Numbered from the stretch's first letter, positions 49,901 to 63,134 are shown. The stretch is 64,000 nucleotides of DNA from Marsupella aquatica (GCA_973895155.1 OZ316898.1:9698186-9762185), one strand, 5' to 3'. Numbers and translations: made by a program. Notes: generated by a model from the sequence alone, not told the origin.

Positions 49901-52587
49901 TAGAAGATACGTTTCCTTCGGCATCAACGACTTTGTCACACATCCCCAACACTATCTCAGAAGCACCTTTCCAGTGGGCACGGAGCTGCCCATCGGGATG
50001 CCTCACTGCCACTCCCATTCTCTTCCGTTTTGAATTGAAAGGGTTCATTTTCACGATTTCGAACTTTTCTCTAGTGGACCGAAAATCTCCTCCAAGAGCA
50101 ACTCCAAGTCCCAAAACCGCCGTCTCCGTCGGTGTGCCGATCAGAGCGGGCTTTCCGTCCGGGCCCATATCGCCAACGTCTCCACTTGTGTTTTTGAATA
50201 CGTGTTCGATAAGTAACTCTCGTACTCTTGGGGATATTTGGGACTTCACCTCGCTAACAGTTCCAACAGAGCCACCTACCCACGCTTTCGTGACTGTCAT
50301 CTCGTTGGTGGTCAATGTGCCAGTTTTATCACTGCAGATCGCTGTAGCTGATCCCATGGTTTCACAAGCTGCCAGGTGACGTACCAGAGCCTTATCGAGC
50401 ATCATTTTCTTCATTGCAAAAGCAAGAGTGAGAGTCACGGCCAGAGGAAGGCCTTCAGGGACAGCCACAACAATGATGGTGACGGCAATAGCGAAATAGT
50501 TGACAATGGCTACCGCATCGTCCCCACTCCATGTTGTGGCGCCCTCTGCGCTGAACTTCCCGAAGAGGAACCTCGCTAGGAGCACCAAGAAGGTGGCCAA
50601 TGCGAATCCCAGCCCAAGTTTGCCTATGAACGTTGCCAGGCCGCTGAGCTTGACCTGGAGGGGGGTCTCTGAATCATCGTCCCCACCAAGGGTTGCCATC
50701 AAATGTCCCCACTCCGTATGCATTCCTACCCCAGTTATCAACATAAGGCCACCGCCATCCTGCACCTTGGTCCCGGAAAGAAGAAAGGGGTTGCGCTCCG
50801 GAGATTTATGTTGAGGATTACTCTCCCCAGTCATTGTGGATTCATCGACTGTCAATTCGTAGCCTTCAAGGAGGAGCCCATCACCTGGGATTTGATCTCC
50901 AATTGACAAATGCACGATGTCACCCACAACGAGATCAAAAATGGAAACTTTCTTCCGACACCCACCTCGAGTGACTTGAATATCAATCTTTTTCTTCTCT
51001 TTGTCCAGATCTCGGAATTGCAGAGACTGCTGATAATCGCTAAAGGCAGTGACAAGTACCACCAGAATAATGCTGAAGAGAATTCCAGTTCCATCATACC
51101 AACCTTCCTGGATGCCTTCAGAGGCTATCCCTACTCCAAAAGAGACTATAGCACAAACAAACAGGATTTGCAGGGTCAAGTCTTGCATAGCATCCCAGAC
51201 GAACCTCAAAAATCCCTTTTGCTCTTTCTCCGGATAAGTGTTGGGTCCAAAATCCTGCCGCTGTTTCTCACATCTTTCTTCATCAAGTCCAATCTTCGGA
51301 TCAACGCTCAACTTCTGACATAGCTGTTTGATGCCTCCATGTTTCTTTAAAGCTTGCAGATCCCTAGTTTCGGCCAACGAAGCGAGCGTATCCGCATTGA
51401 GTTCGGTGCCACCATCAATATGAACGGAATGATCTGAAAATGACAGCAATACGTAGGGATGAGAAATTGGCTTCGGATGAAAACTTGGCTTCGGAATCTG
51501 TGCAAGAAATTGGGAGTCGGGGCACAGCAATCGCAGGCACAACTGGACCAGGACACTCTAGTCCCCATTGGTAAGAGGTATACCAAACAGACATTAGGAA
51601 GAGCAGGAAAGGACCAAGAGCGTGGTTGGAGAGTTATTCCGTGGAGGGGCTGTCAGAATCAAATCGTGGATTTAGAAATTAGGTGCGGCATCGGAAAAGG
51701 TAGCCCTTTCGCTGTCATGTTTACGTTTTTATTAAGCTGAATCATGAATCTCGGCATTGAACGCACAATCACCACTCGGACACAATCACAGCTATGAAGT
51801 GCCTTGAGAAAGGAGGACCCGTCCTCTTACTTGACATGAATAACACTGAGGTGAACGAATCAAACATAGAAGCTATCTGCAGATTAGAGAAGATAGTAAA
51901 CAACCCACTGAAGATATTCTTAGGAATTGGGAAGGAAACAAGGCCAACCTGGATGTTGTCTGGCACCCTCAACAAAGCGGAGAGCAGCCTGTGTTGTACT
52001 TACTGCGACCTTAAATTGATGCCTCTGTAAAGAACACAGTGCTAGCCAGTTGTTAAACTCCAGTCCTTGTCAGGACATTTCCACCTTCAGAAATCAGTGG
52101 CCTCCAAGATACAAGTCTTTCTGTATGGAGCGCATTCTAGAAAAGAACACATGATCTCGAAGACAACTAACTTTGTGCAGATAAAGGAGGATCGACCGGA
52201 AAACTTCCATTCCACTCTCGCGACCTCAGCCATTCATAAAGTAAGAGAAACACCCATTTTTCTTAAAACTAGTTAGAAAGTCCACCTCAACTTGTGACGA
52301 CGAAGAGAAACATCCGGACGATCATCATGTGAGAAAACACCATCAAACCTTACAACAACAAAAAGAGCAACACATAGAGAAACGCATAGAGAAACAATCG
52401 TAGCCAGAGAAGCCAGCTAGCTATCTCCACCCATTCCCCATCCACCCACCTGCAGGAGACTCTCTCTCTTTTCGAGATTAGCGACATGGCGAAAGCGTCG
52501 AGTTGGGTTCAAGGTCAATGATAATTTTCGCCAACCCTTCAATTCCTCAACCGAGGGATTCTTAGTCGTAAGTTCGAAACCAGCCAT
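46943..52587 (-). CDS. ACA: Autoinhibited P2B-type Ca2+-transporting ATPase (ACA; ACA4/ACA11-like endomembrane type), ~1026 aa
   Basis: Exons 52587-52450, 52024-51949, 51433-49533, 48701-48546, 48292-48121, 47880-47582, 47281-46943 (3081 nt, phases consistent). N-terminal autoinhibitory/calmodulin-binding region [20 protein letters not shown]...[15 protein letters not shown]-type motifs [36 protein letters not shown] and [16 protein letters not shown]. An in-frame upstream ATG at 52668 could add 27 aa. Confidence 0.97.
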
Positions 52588-54869
52588 GTCTGGAGTCGGT
52601 ATCGATCTGTCAGAAAAGGTCCGCAACCAGTTCACGCTCCTTGGGGGCTGCGAGCCCCCGAAACTCATATCAGGGACCTGCGACCTGCGAGCTAAAACGG
52701 ACACACTGCAATGCCTCCCTGCCGAATTTCCTAGCCTCCTCCTTCCACTCTCTATTCCTCTTTAAACTCCCGGCTCCCGACAACAACAAATACCCAAAAG
52801 CCTCACCTCTACTGCCCACTCCTCTCTGCAGTGTACGGTGGTACGCGATGCCGGGAATGAATATGGATAGGTAGAAAGCAGCCGCGACGTTGGGATCCTT
52901 TCTTTCCGTCTATATCAATCCTCTCCTACACTCATCATCACCTAACTCAGTGAGAGCAGGCTGTCCTCGACTCCTCGAGATCCATTCGGCTCAGCAAGGA
53001 CAGGCTTTCGAGAACCAATCAGTCAGCTCAGTTTGTCCTGTTACTGACCCAACCCCGTGATCTCTTCAACGAGAACAACTGTAAATAGGTCCAAACTCCT
53101 ACTCACACCTACAACATCTTCCTGATGAGTCGCCCATCATCTTCACTGCGGTAATCACTCTGCAGTTTGCCCCCAAATCCTGGTGACCGCTCATCCACTC
53201 CCGCAAGGCCAATCACAAAGGCCACAAGGGATCAATTACACGGTGTCAATCCAGGAACAATACACTATCCATCCACACATCCAGTAGGCCATTGCCCGGC
53301 TGCACCAGGGATCTGTCTCCTCTTTCCAGGTCACAAGCTGAGCAACGATGAAGACTGAAACAATCTTGAAGGCCGGCAAAGACACCGGAAGAGTCCCGAA
53401 TCATACCACAAAACCCCACTCGATGCTTACTGGCCCAGACAAACCCCACAGCTCAACACTCAGCTTGATCGCTCGTTCTTCTTGATTGCATGTCCTCCAA
53501 CTCGTAGATTGCATGCTCTCGACACGATTGAAGGAACAGAGTGGGCGAACTATAGATGATGAATTCGAGCTGCAATCTGGACGGGAGGTTGCCAAATAAC
53601 GTTCCCTCCCAGTGAACCGAAGCCGTCGATTGATGGTTCCCGCAGCTCAGCCCTCTGAACGGTGTCAAGTGTGGGAACTACAAAGTTCTATCTATACAAG
53701 GGGGGTATTGAAATATATTCAGCTATTCAGCAATTCAGCTCTGAGCAAGTGAGTGATTTGCTTTGCTCTTCAGCTAGATCCAGACTCTCTTGAACCGAAG
53801 ATGCTTATAAAATCGGACTCCCAACACTACAGCCGCGTTTGTGGACTTCTAGAGAAGAGAATTGTACTGTTTTGTCCCCCATTTCTAAAATAATTGCTTA
53901 CACAACAATCAGAGTGTGGACATTTGGCATGATGGGGGCTTCGTGCAGGTTTCTAAGTAGTAGCTTAAACCTCGTGCTACCAACAATGCCAGCAGTTGAA
54001 TAGATTTTGTTATGTACAAACCCCAAGTCAAGAATTTTCTTCAAATAGAATGCCAAAAATGGGTTTCTTGACTTTGGAGCCATGTCTATTCTCTTATGGT
54101 GATTAGCAGAGTCCACTAAGTTGTTTTTGTATATATGGGATTTGTGCCATATATTGTTGAGAGAGGAATCCTTTGTTTGCTTTCTCCGTAAGATCTCTCT
54201 CAAGTCTCAAGCCATGTCTTTTACACTTTATTTTTAAGTTTAATGCTTTGTCAAGAGAATGTTGACGACCTACAGTAAATTGTAGAAATCTGTGAAAATT
54301 ATGATAATAGAGAAAACAAATTAGAGAAGATGGGCTCATGAAGGAGACTCATTGAAACACCAACATGAGACTGGACGGACCTCTAGGTTAGCAAACATGC
54401 TCCCATGGATTTTCACTCCACATGGACCACGTTTTACTCACAATGCCACAAAGAATAATCCTAATTGGTCCATCCAGGTTCTTTGGTTTCTATCTATGAT
54501 CCATGGGAGCATCATATTCTGAAAATGAACAACTTATCTATTTGGTGATGTAATCTTTCATCCCATAGGATTGGAAAGACTTACATGTTCAACAAGATTA
54601 TAATTGGCTAATAAAGATCATCTCTGCGTAATGAAGATTCAATTTCCTGACAAGGCCCTATATATATAACTTTATCTAAAGTACACAAAAAGGAAAGGGT
54701 TCTTGCTCAAGATTCCCAAAATCTTTGGGATTCTCTCCACTCGGGGGTGGCTCCAGAACAGAGAAAAAACTTGGAAGACTTTTGAAACCACATGTTGTCA
54801 TACACTGCCCTTTGTGATTTCAGACATGAGAACTTTGTTGAAAGTTGCGGAATTCGACTACCTTAACAC

Positions 54870-56290
54870 TTAGCTCCGGCGTTGTTGACTCCAACGTCGA
54901 GCTCCCCTATGGTCCAAGCCCAGAAACGGTCATCCGTGGAGGACTTAGCATGGGGAGACTTGTGGGCAAAGGGCGTGGCACTGGCAAAGGCAAGGCACTA
55001 AGCAAGTGACACACACTAAGGACTTCTAAGACTAGTTGAGGGTTGGTTGGGTCAGGGGAAAGGACCGGACTCAAGGTCAACTGTCCAAACCCCTGGACGG
55101 ACTTTGAGTTTTGAGGGCTTGAGTGAGAGCTCCTCTTGGGCCCAAGGCAAATGGAGTTTACTCCATGGACAACGGACGTTTGGGGCACGAGTTATGGCCC
55201 GACCCAGGTTTGGTTGATTGGGGGTCCTGGGCGACGACAGGTTTTGAGGGCCTAGACATGAGCACTGGGCCGGCCCGATCACAATAAGCTAAGGCACTTT
55301 GCTTACGGACACCTAAGTAGAAAGTTATGGGCATAGTTAACTGGTGGGTTGGGGTCCTAGGCGAGGGGCCAAAAATTGGGGACCAAAGTAGGTCCGGGGG
55401 TGGCAAGTCTCCAAAAGCATATATGAAGGGAGTGGTGTCTCCCTAGGGACTAAGGGCGAGTCGAAGTTGTGAGTACGGCGATTGCAAAACTAAGGAAAAT
55501 GCCAAACTGAAACGATGATAATTTCCCAACGGGAAGTCTGTTGGAAAACTTCTTGGGTGCATTGGAAATCTCTCGAGGAAGACTACATCCTCCTAAGATC
55601 AGCTGGGTATAGGGGTGCCATGGGTTCTCGGGGTTTGTGGGGGCTATCTCGTCGGCTTGCCAAATTCTACCGAAACAACAACCAAGCCACGTTCAGTCTC
55701 GGGAACTTGCGTTGAGGAAGCAAGGCCCAAGTAGGCATGGAGGTTGAGTTCCAAGGGCACTTGGCCCCTAGGCTAGCAATGGGGTGAGAACCAAGTGTTG
55801 GTTGCTAGAGTCGGGGTCATTCTGGTCCCGCGTGTGTTGGGACAAGTTTGGGACAAGTTTTAGCACAAGCTACGTTATTTGGGCCATGAGCATGTCTTGG
55901 GGACAGGGCGGTCAGTTGGTGATGGATAGGTACAAGGAGGAACCCGGGATGCACCCCAAGAGGAGTTGTTCTGGACGAACAGTGGATGTTGTGGCTTTGG
56001 TTCCAATTTATGGCAATGGGAGAACCTATTGTTGACCTCCTTACCAAATGTTTGTTGAGTTTGAGTTGGGACGCTTAGACTTGGGGAGGTCTAGATCCTG
56101 TTGAGTTACTTATCGAGATACTTGGTTGTTGGTGCAGACAATGAGGATAGTTGAGCGATGGCAGTGTTAAGGAGTAGGTGTGACTTCGTATGAGAGTGGC
56201 TGCAAACGGTGCAAGGGACATCAAGTTGTTTGTTCAAGGAGTTTCATGGAGACATTCGAACACCAGGGACACTTAGACGTGAGTATTAAA
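54870..56290 (-). mobile_element. Highly degenerate Ty3/Gypsy pol (RT/RNase H)-like remnant
   Basis: Minus-strand fragments AINWNQSHNI..SRTTPLG and HPIAS...ETERGLVVVSVEF loosely follow the RT-thumb and RNase H patterns, in the expected order. Many frame breaks. Confidence 0.3.
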
Positions 56291-58129
56291 ATTGGTGAGA
56301 ACTTTAAAATTGATGAGAACTTTGGATGGCAAAATTCACCACTTTGAACCTATAGATTATAAAGGGTTGGGGACCCCTCTATCTATGTCCAAAACATTAA
56401 GAATCTGCAATATTTTGAATTATGTGCAAAATAGTAAGAGTGATATACTTGCACACGGTATTCTTTGTATCCATTCACGCGGTTTGTTTGACCAAATTGT
56501 TCTTTTTTTAATATGATGGGGATTCCATTTAAGTCCATTCAAGTCAACCAGTGTCACTTTATTACGTACCATGACAAATGGATCAATCCATGATTCATTA
56601 TTTAAAATTAAAGTAAAAAGAATATAGTGTTGTCAGGGTTTTTGGTTCGGTGCTTTAAATTAAAGAGGAAATTTTACTTTAAATGCGTTGCAGTAAATTG
56701 TTTGGCAAAAAAAAACCTAAAGGAAACATTTACGTCACACAAAGGTCATTTAAACGTTTGTTGAGTGGGAAAGAAAAGAAGTTTGCCAAGTGAGATGAAC
56801 AATACCCTTCAGGGCTACCAGTGTTAGCATCTAACCCATGGTTGTAGCAAAATTGGCGTTTAGGGTTTGTCTTTCTGGAATAAGTGTGTGTAAGTAAGAG
56901 AATTAGTAAATTTTTTAATAAGTGTGTCACCAGAACACCTGTGAGTAACAGTAACTGGGGTGAAGATTTTAGTGAAGGTGGCTTTACAAGAAGTTGGGGC
57001 CATTGGTCACCTTTTTTGCACCCAATCAAATTGGATGAACATTGTTTGTCCCTTGTTTCCTCCCCTTCGCATGTCTCCTGCCTTTGGGATCCTGTCTCCC
57101 TATCTGAGGCTTTTTAATCTAGCCATGGTCTAAGCACTTCCAGACTTTGGCTAGAGGTGGTCTAAAATTATAATAAAAGTAAAACTTGGCGTCAGCATTT
57201 CCTTGGCCCACTTCTTGCCATGTAGGATATGTGGACACTATATGGGCCCCAAGGGTTTCCAAAGCCAAAGTTACAAGGGGGGCGGCAGAACCTATAAGTC
57301 ACTCAGTATAACACTCAAATAGGGCATCTCAAAGCTAGGTCATTAGCAGAAGTTACAGATTTGTGATAAATCCCATAACTTGAGTTATGGGACCCACTTA
57401 AAGAACTTTAAAAATGGGGGAAGGTAACATTGACCCACCCCATAAGGTAGGTGTTATCGTCTCACCTGTCTCATAGCATATATTATATTTTTCTCACTTC
57501 TTGATCAGCCATCACCTCAAATGCAGGAATCACCATGTCAAGAGAAAATCTCACATGTTTCAGTCGTGGCTTTCGGAGTTCTGGAGTCTTGGATTTCCGG
57601 ATTTTTGGATTTCCGTCTAAAGTTGCGAGAAAATTATGGGTTAAGTGTTAAGTGCTTGCGGTTGCCAAAGATCCACTCCCATAATTTTTATGTGAATTCA
57701 CATAATATTTGAGTTGTGGGAGGATCTTATCTTGTAACTTTATTAAGGCCAAACTTTGAGATGCACCACTAATCAAAGGTCATAGATTTTACTCGAGTTG
57801 CTTGAGTGCTTTAGTACCACATTAACTTCACTCTAGGTAGGTTATAGGTTTCCTTTGATTACTCACTCACAACATAGGCTAGAGGTCTAGGTTATGGGCC
57901 CCCATAAACTGTGGCCCCCCATCTAGCAAATATGACCCCTCATGTCTTGTAACGCCGCCCCAGTAATAATAGGTCTGCGGTATCTTTGTGAGGTAGGTCG
58001 GTTGTCACTCCAGGCGTGCCTCACCCCGACGGCGGGTGACTGCCAAGTGCCCAAGTCGAGGCGACCGTCAATATACAAACAGTACGAAATACAGTACCAC
58101 TTACCACGAAATACCTTCGCACGTCTCTA

Positions 58130-58470
58130 CGGTACGGCTACTGTGGCGGCGAGGGGTCTGACGGCGGGCGAGTGGGTGACGGACTGACGGACTGCCCCCG
58201 GTCAAGGACGGAGCGTTTTTCTCCTGCCCTGGCCGCGCGGGCAGGGGGTTCCCACGTCCTGCCCGTGGATACAACGTGGGCAAACAGGAGGTACGGAGTA
58301 CGGATATAGGGCAGGGACCTCGGGCAGGGTAGGGCACATCTGACCGCGAGCAGCAGACTGCGGGACATAACACGGGCAGGGTCACCGTACTGCACTACTA
58401 AAGTTAAGTGTATGAGTACGGCTACGCCGGGCAGGCTTTATTCATGCTGGCAGGACTGTCCGCCCAGCGC
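58130..58470. repeat. G-rich GGGCAGG motif cluster, probably TE-derived
   Basis: Repeated gggcagg motifs and a gtacggagtac block that is the reverse complement of one in the 14590-14780 cluster. Confidence 0.5.
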
Positions 58471-58830
58471 CCAGTCAGATGTCTTCGTTTCATGGTGTTG
58501 CCTTTTCCTTCTAAAGTCTGGGTGAGGACCAGAACTTGTATCACTTAAATCACTCTTGTATTTCTTTGTCTTTGCATTTCTAGGGAGTGTTATGAGTTAT
58601 TACCCTCCTCCCAACTTGGCCTAATAAAGGGTTATGGGATTTTGGCCCCTATTCTAGGCAGATCCACTTGATTGAGTTTCCAATGGATTTCATTTTGGAG
58701 CTCTACCAGGCTTTAGTTTGTCGCTAGGGAATGTTTTAGGTGATGTTTTGCGACTTTTACAGCGGGCCCTTGTTTGGTCCCCTGGCCTTTTTTGCTTTTT
58801 TGTAGCTTCCTTTTGATTGGGTTGTTTGTC

Positions 58831-58884
58831 GTTGGGATCATGTCTCCTGTTGGGATCATGTCTCCCGTTCGGATCATGTCTCCT
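58831..58884. repeat. 18-bp tandem repeat, 3 copies
   Basis: gttgggatcatgtctcct, gttgggatcatgtctccc, gttcggatcatgtctcct. Confidence 0.9.
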
Positions 58885-59527
58885 GGTTGGGTGCCTTTTG
58901 TTTCTTGGCAATTTTCTATATCTATATTAGCGCACCTGGAATATTATCCATTTTTAACCACATTTTTCAGGTCATAAAGTGCAATCGCACGTGGGGCCCA
59001 CTTGGGGCTCATGGTTGTTAAGCCATGACTGTAACCCCTTGGGCTCACTGCCCTTTGGATTACATCCCATAATCCCCTTAGGGCCATGAGTTACCCTACA
59101 GGTAAACCTTGTGTACTTTCCTTTTTGTATTTCTATGGAATTTTAAGAACCATAATACTCCTCCAGTCCGGCCTGGGGTTATGAAATTTCTGCCCCCTAG
59201 CTAGCCCATCTTGAGGGTTATGCAACTTCAGTCTGGTAAACATAGACTAAAATTACACTTGAAACTTATGTTCGTTAATCCATGGCCACTCAGAAGCTAT
59301 GGCTGAAACCTCCTCGGCCCATAGGTTACCCTACATTACCTGGGCGGGTGGGAGGACCCAACCCAAACTGTTCACGTCCTTTCTTTATGAGCCATTTCCC
59401 ATCTGACATGTTTACCCACCCTCGGGCCCAGGCATGTAGTGGAGGGTGTCCAGGGTGGTATGGTACACTTGAGCATGGAAATTTATTGAGTTTAGGGTGG
59501 AGTTGAGAGCTGCAATTTCTTTGTATG

Positions 59528-59879
59528 TGTGAGCAAAGACGACATTCACAATGACGAGCCTATGATCGTCCAACATACAAATAGTCGAGACAGGGAAATA
59601 TGTAGCTCACTTCAACAGAGGTTATGTCCACAAGAACACACGAGAGTTTTATTGCACTCTTGATCCATCATCCATATGGAGCCTCTACAATACAAGTTCT
59701 CCCTATCTCTCAACTGGTTTGGTAATGAGCCCAGTTATCCAATCAAACACGGGATCAAACATCATTTGTAGATATACTGTGCAACATGATTCACCTAACC
59801 AAGTATGTGACTAAGGTTCCTTAGCCTTAACTATGGTTACAGTGGTAATTCTAGACCTAGGAGTAAATGCCTAATTACA
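59528..59879 (-). mobile_element. Solo LTR, Copia-like
   Basis: TG...CA termini (tgtgagc...aattaca) and near-TSD gtatg/ctatg. The reverse strand has gtggacataacc...gagctacata, related to the motif in the other two LTRs. Confidence 0.55.
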
Positions 59880-61704
59880 CTATGTGCTCAAATTGTATGT
59901 GTTGGAGTTTTATAATCATGCAACTATCCAAAAGTGCATAAACTTAACTCTTTGCACTTATTTGATAGTGCATACCCTGGATAAGTGCAGGCTTGGGGGT
60001 CTTCCCAGCAATCTACACTTAGACACTCGACTATATGCACTTATTGATAGTGCAGCCCCTGGATCCTGCACTCGGACCCGACTCTGACAGTGTAGACTGT
60101 TGTGACTTTTTAGTGAGGTCAAATTTACTTCTCGAGGAGACAGTCACACATGTGTGTAGATGATCACTTAGTTTTTCTTTTCTTTGGAAAAATCAATTGA
60201 GTTTTGATCAAAAAGCCATTATACAATTGGGGTGGCCCACAAAGGCCGGGTCAACCAAAGGTCTTGGTACCCAAAGGACTGGTGAGGCCGGAACCAGGAG
60301 AGAGGCAGGTCCAAACTTAAGGAAGCTAACTAATTTTTTTATTACTGCAGGAACTTCATAAGGCCGCCACTGAACATGGACCAGTAGCAAAACTCTGGAA
60401 GACCGGCCAGTGAACAAGAACCCGTGGCGTACCTCAGAGTACGTCCGGGATACAGGGTGCAGTCCTATTGATTTGGTCTGCAGTGGAGCTTCAACTCCTG
60501 AATCAGCAATGCACTCGTGGTGGAAGGGGAGGGCGGGTGGTACTTGGAGAGTCTCATGGTGAATTTCCTATAGTATATATATAAAACTGTCAACAAGACA
60601 GGAACACCACTGGGAGACATGGTCCCAAAGGCAAAAAGACCTTAATAAATGGGGGGAAAGGAACGACACAGTGCTCTAGTAAAAGAATATGTCATTGATC
60701 GAAAGCGTCTCCAAATGGGCATTTACGGGAATTTGGAACTATGCCCTGCCCAGTGGTGATGACTTTTGCCTTGGGTGGTCTGGAAAAAGGGACAATGACA
60801 GACCTTCAAGACTACTACATGTAGCTAGGAGTAGAGAAATGAGGAGATTTGGCAATGGAATTCTAATGGCAACCACAGACATCAGATAAGGGCTGGACAC
60901 CTGACTGACAGTCGAATATTGCAACACTTAACAAACCTCACAATGTGAGCTGGGTAATGAATGTGCACATTGGAGAATGTGACAGACTACAGCAATAATT
61001 ACTTCGTCCAAATTCTTACTCGAACAAACAGTCACGATCCAACAAAATTAAGCACTCGGCAATTTTATTCTTGTCACCTAATGCTCCCCTCCACATGGTC
61101 AAACGCGATAAGCTGGTTTTTTCAGAGCCAGGGTCCTCCATTCCATTGTTTCTATTACTTTTGACAAACACCAACTGTGAGGCTTCAAGTCTAAGCGAAT
61201 TCTACAGTAGCTTCTATCACGAGGTCAACGATAATCATACTAACTCCGTCCACGCGTTGGATGGGAAATTGCAGTGTACAACTGTACATTGTATCTGAGG
61301 CTAGGTATCGACTATCCAGAAAGAGTCGAGCATAATTATAGCAACGTATGAACTATGAAGTCAAGAGTCAAGGATATGGCAAAGTCATTATTGAACACGG
61401 ATGAATGCAGTGGTGAGTACCTGAGTGGTGAGGCTGATCCCGTGCCCATCATTGCCAGCCACGTTCCACTGCAATTCTTAAGTCTCAATGATTATTACAT
61501 TACTAGAGTATTGTCTTCAGTATTCACCATGGAGCTCGGCTCCATGACTCCATCTCTATCTAGTTCCCGACAGATTTTATTAAGGACGAAAGACAATCTC
61601 GAGGGCAATCCATTAGCATTGATTACCCCATAAGTGCTGCCCGTTGCTCGCATGTGCTGTATCTGATTTCAGTTTAAGTACCTGGCGCGAATGTACCTCA
61701 TCAT

Positions 61705-61862
61705 GAATCGAGGAAGGGCTCAATGGTAACCCAGATCAGTTGGGGAGTTAGAGGTCCCGGGTTCAAACCGTGCTATACATCAAGAATGCTTTTTAGCATT
61801 CACCCCACTTTTTACCCACCCAAAAAGTGGGGATCATTCATGCTAGTAAAATTCGAAAAAAA
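61705..61862 (+). mobile_element. tRNA-derived SINE-like head
   Basis: A-box-like gggctcaatgg (61716-61726) and B-box ggttcaaacc (61760-61769) at tRNA-like spacing. No complete cloverleaf. Ends are approximate. Confidence 0.5.
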
Positions 61863-63122
61863 TGTGAACGGGGCAGGCAGTAGGCGCGGGCAGGTGTACC
61901 CGAGTCTCTTAATGAGCCTCGAGATTGTGTTTCGTGGTGAATCAGATTTTAATTAAATTATCCACATTCAACACGATCGGAGGTAATGGTCCGCGTTTGT
62001 GGTTACTCGAATGCTGGACGTGTGTACCACAGTGAACTACTGTGAAGCTTTCTGTCACAGTGTCACGATCCACCGCTAGCTCGGCCTGATACGGAAAATG
62101 GCTTCGACAATGCCGCGAAACGGGGAACTGGGCGTGGCGGCGAATCTCGTGGATTACACAGACGGGCAGAGATTGATGGAGTGCGACATGATTGTAATGT
62201 TGAGCTGAGCTCGACTCTGTTTGTCTCCAAGCTTCAAAATGTACGTGCACATCGAATACCCCGCGTGTGTGGGAAAAATACCGCAGTCCCCAGTAGCAAT
62301 TCGTCTACTGTGCAGCGTACGCGCATTCCTGGGATGGAAGACTTCTTTCAGTCTTGTAGAAGATGAACGAGCAGGTGATGTGCTGCGAAAGGACTTTGGA
62401 GAAAAATTACTTTTCTGACTGGAAGTTGTTCGATATGAGAGTCTTGCGACCATGAATGGGGACCATCACGAGCCTTTCTCTTCACGACTTTTGGACGAAC
62501 TTAATCACCTCGTGTTTGACTGTACTCGAGACATTGTCCTAGCGTGTGTAGTTTAGTTCGAGATGCTTTGAGCTTTTACTCCGAAGCTTGAGAACACTTC
62601 TGCAGGGGAAGGAAGTCCTTGCATGCAAGTTCGCGCTTTCGTCATTCCAATTCCCGCGGAATCACTTCACATCGTTATTTGAAATGTAGTATTTTTTTAT
62701 GCTCTTCTGGTGAGCGAACCGTTAGTACAGTAGTACATTACCTTTCAGAGGTTGCCAATTGATTCGTTTTCCAACTAGAACCAAGACTACTTAGCCATCG
62801 CTTGGGTAGCTACATGGTAACTGCAATTGAAGATACGGATCGCAGATTCGGATCTTAGCCGGCAAGCCGTGGTTGTTCCGGATGTAAGTGCATCAATCTG
62901 GATATGGACCGCAGTGAGATTTCCTACCAAAGCCTGTCGATGCAGTCTTCAGGGCCTGATTTTGGATGTGGTCCATTGAAACTGTGCGACGTGAAGTAGA
63001 TGGTCCCCACCCGGTGGTCCCCGCCCACCTCGCCATTTCCTTGGAATCAACGGTGTGACGTTCCAAACATCTCGACTTTGTGGTCCCACAATTTCAGCTG
63101 GGCCCTCCCTAGTCTCACCATA

Positions 63123-63134
63123 CCTATATAAGAG
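63123..63134 (+). promoter_or_regulatory. Candidate TATA box (cctatataag) with upstream ACGT-core elements
   Basis: Consensus plant TATA, with gacgtg at ~62988 and tgacgt at ~63056 upstream. No clear downstream CDS in the window. Confidence 0.25.

Noticed and set aside
49433-51323. Several plus-strand ORFs up to 171 aa
   Set aside because: They are antisense shadows of the large ACA exon.
57890-57901. GGTTATGGGCCC, identical to a half-tRNAiMet Copia PBS
   Set aside because: It is not preceded by an LTR ending in CA, and it is one of many similar local motifs.
61705-61790. Possible tRNA gene
   Set aside because: A and B boxes are present, but the acceptor and anticodon stems do not pair. 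It is treated as SINE-like instead.
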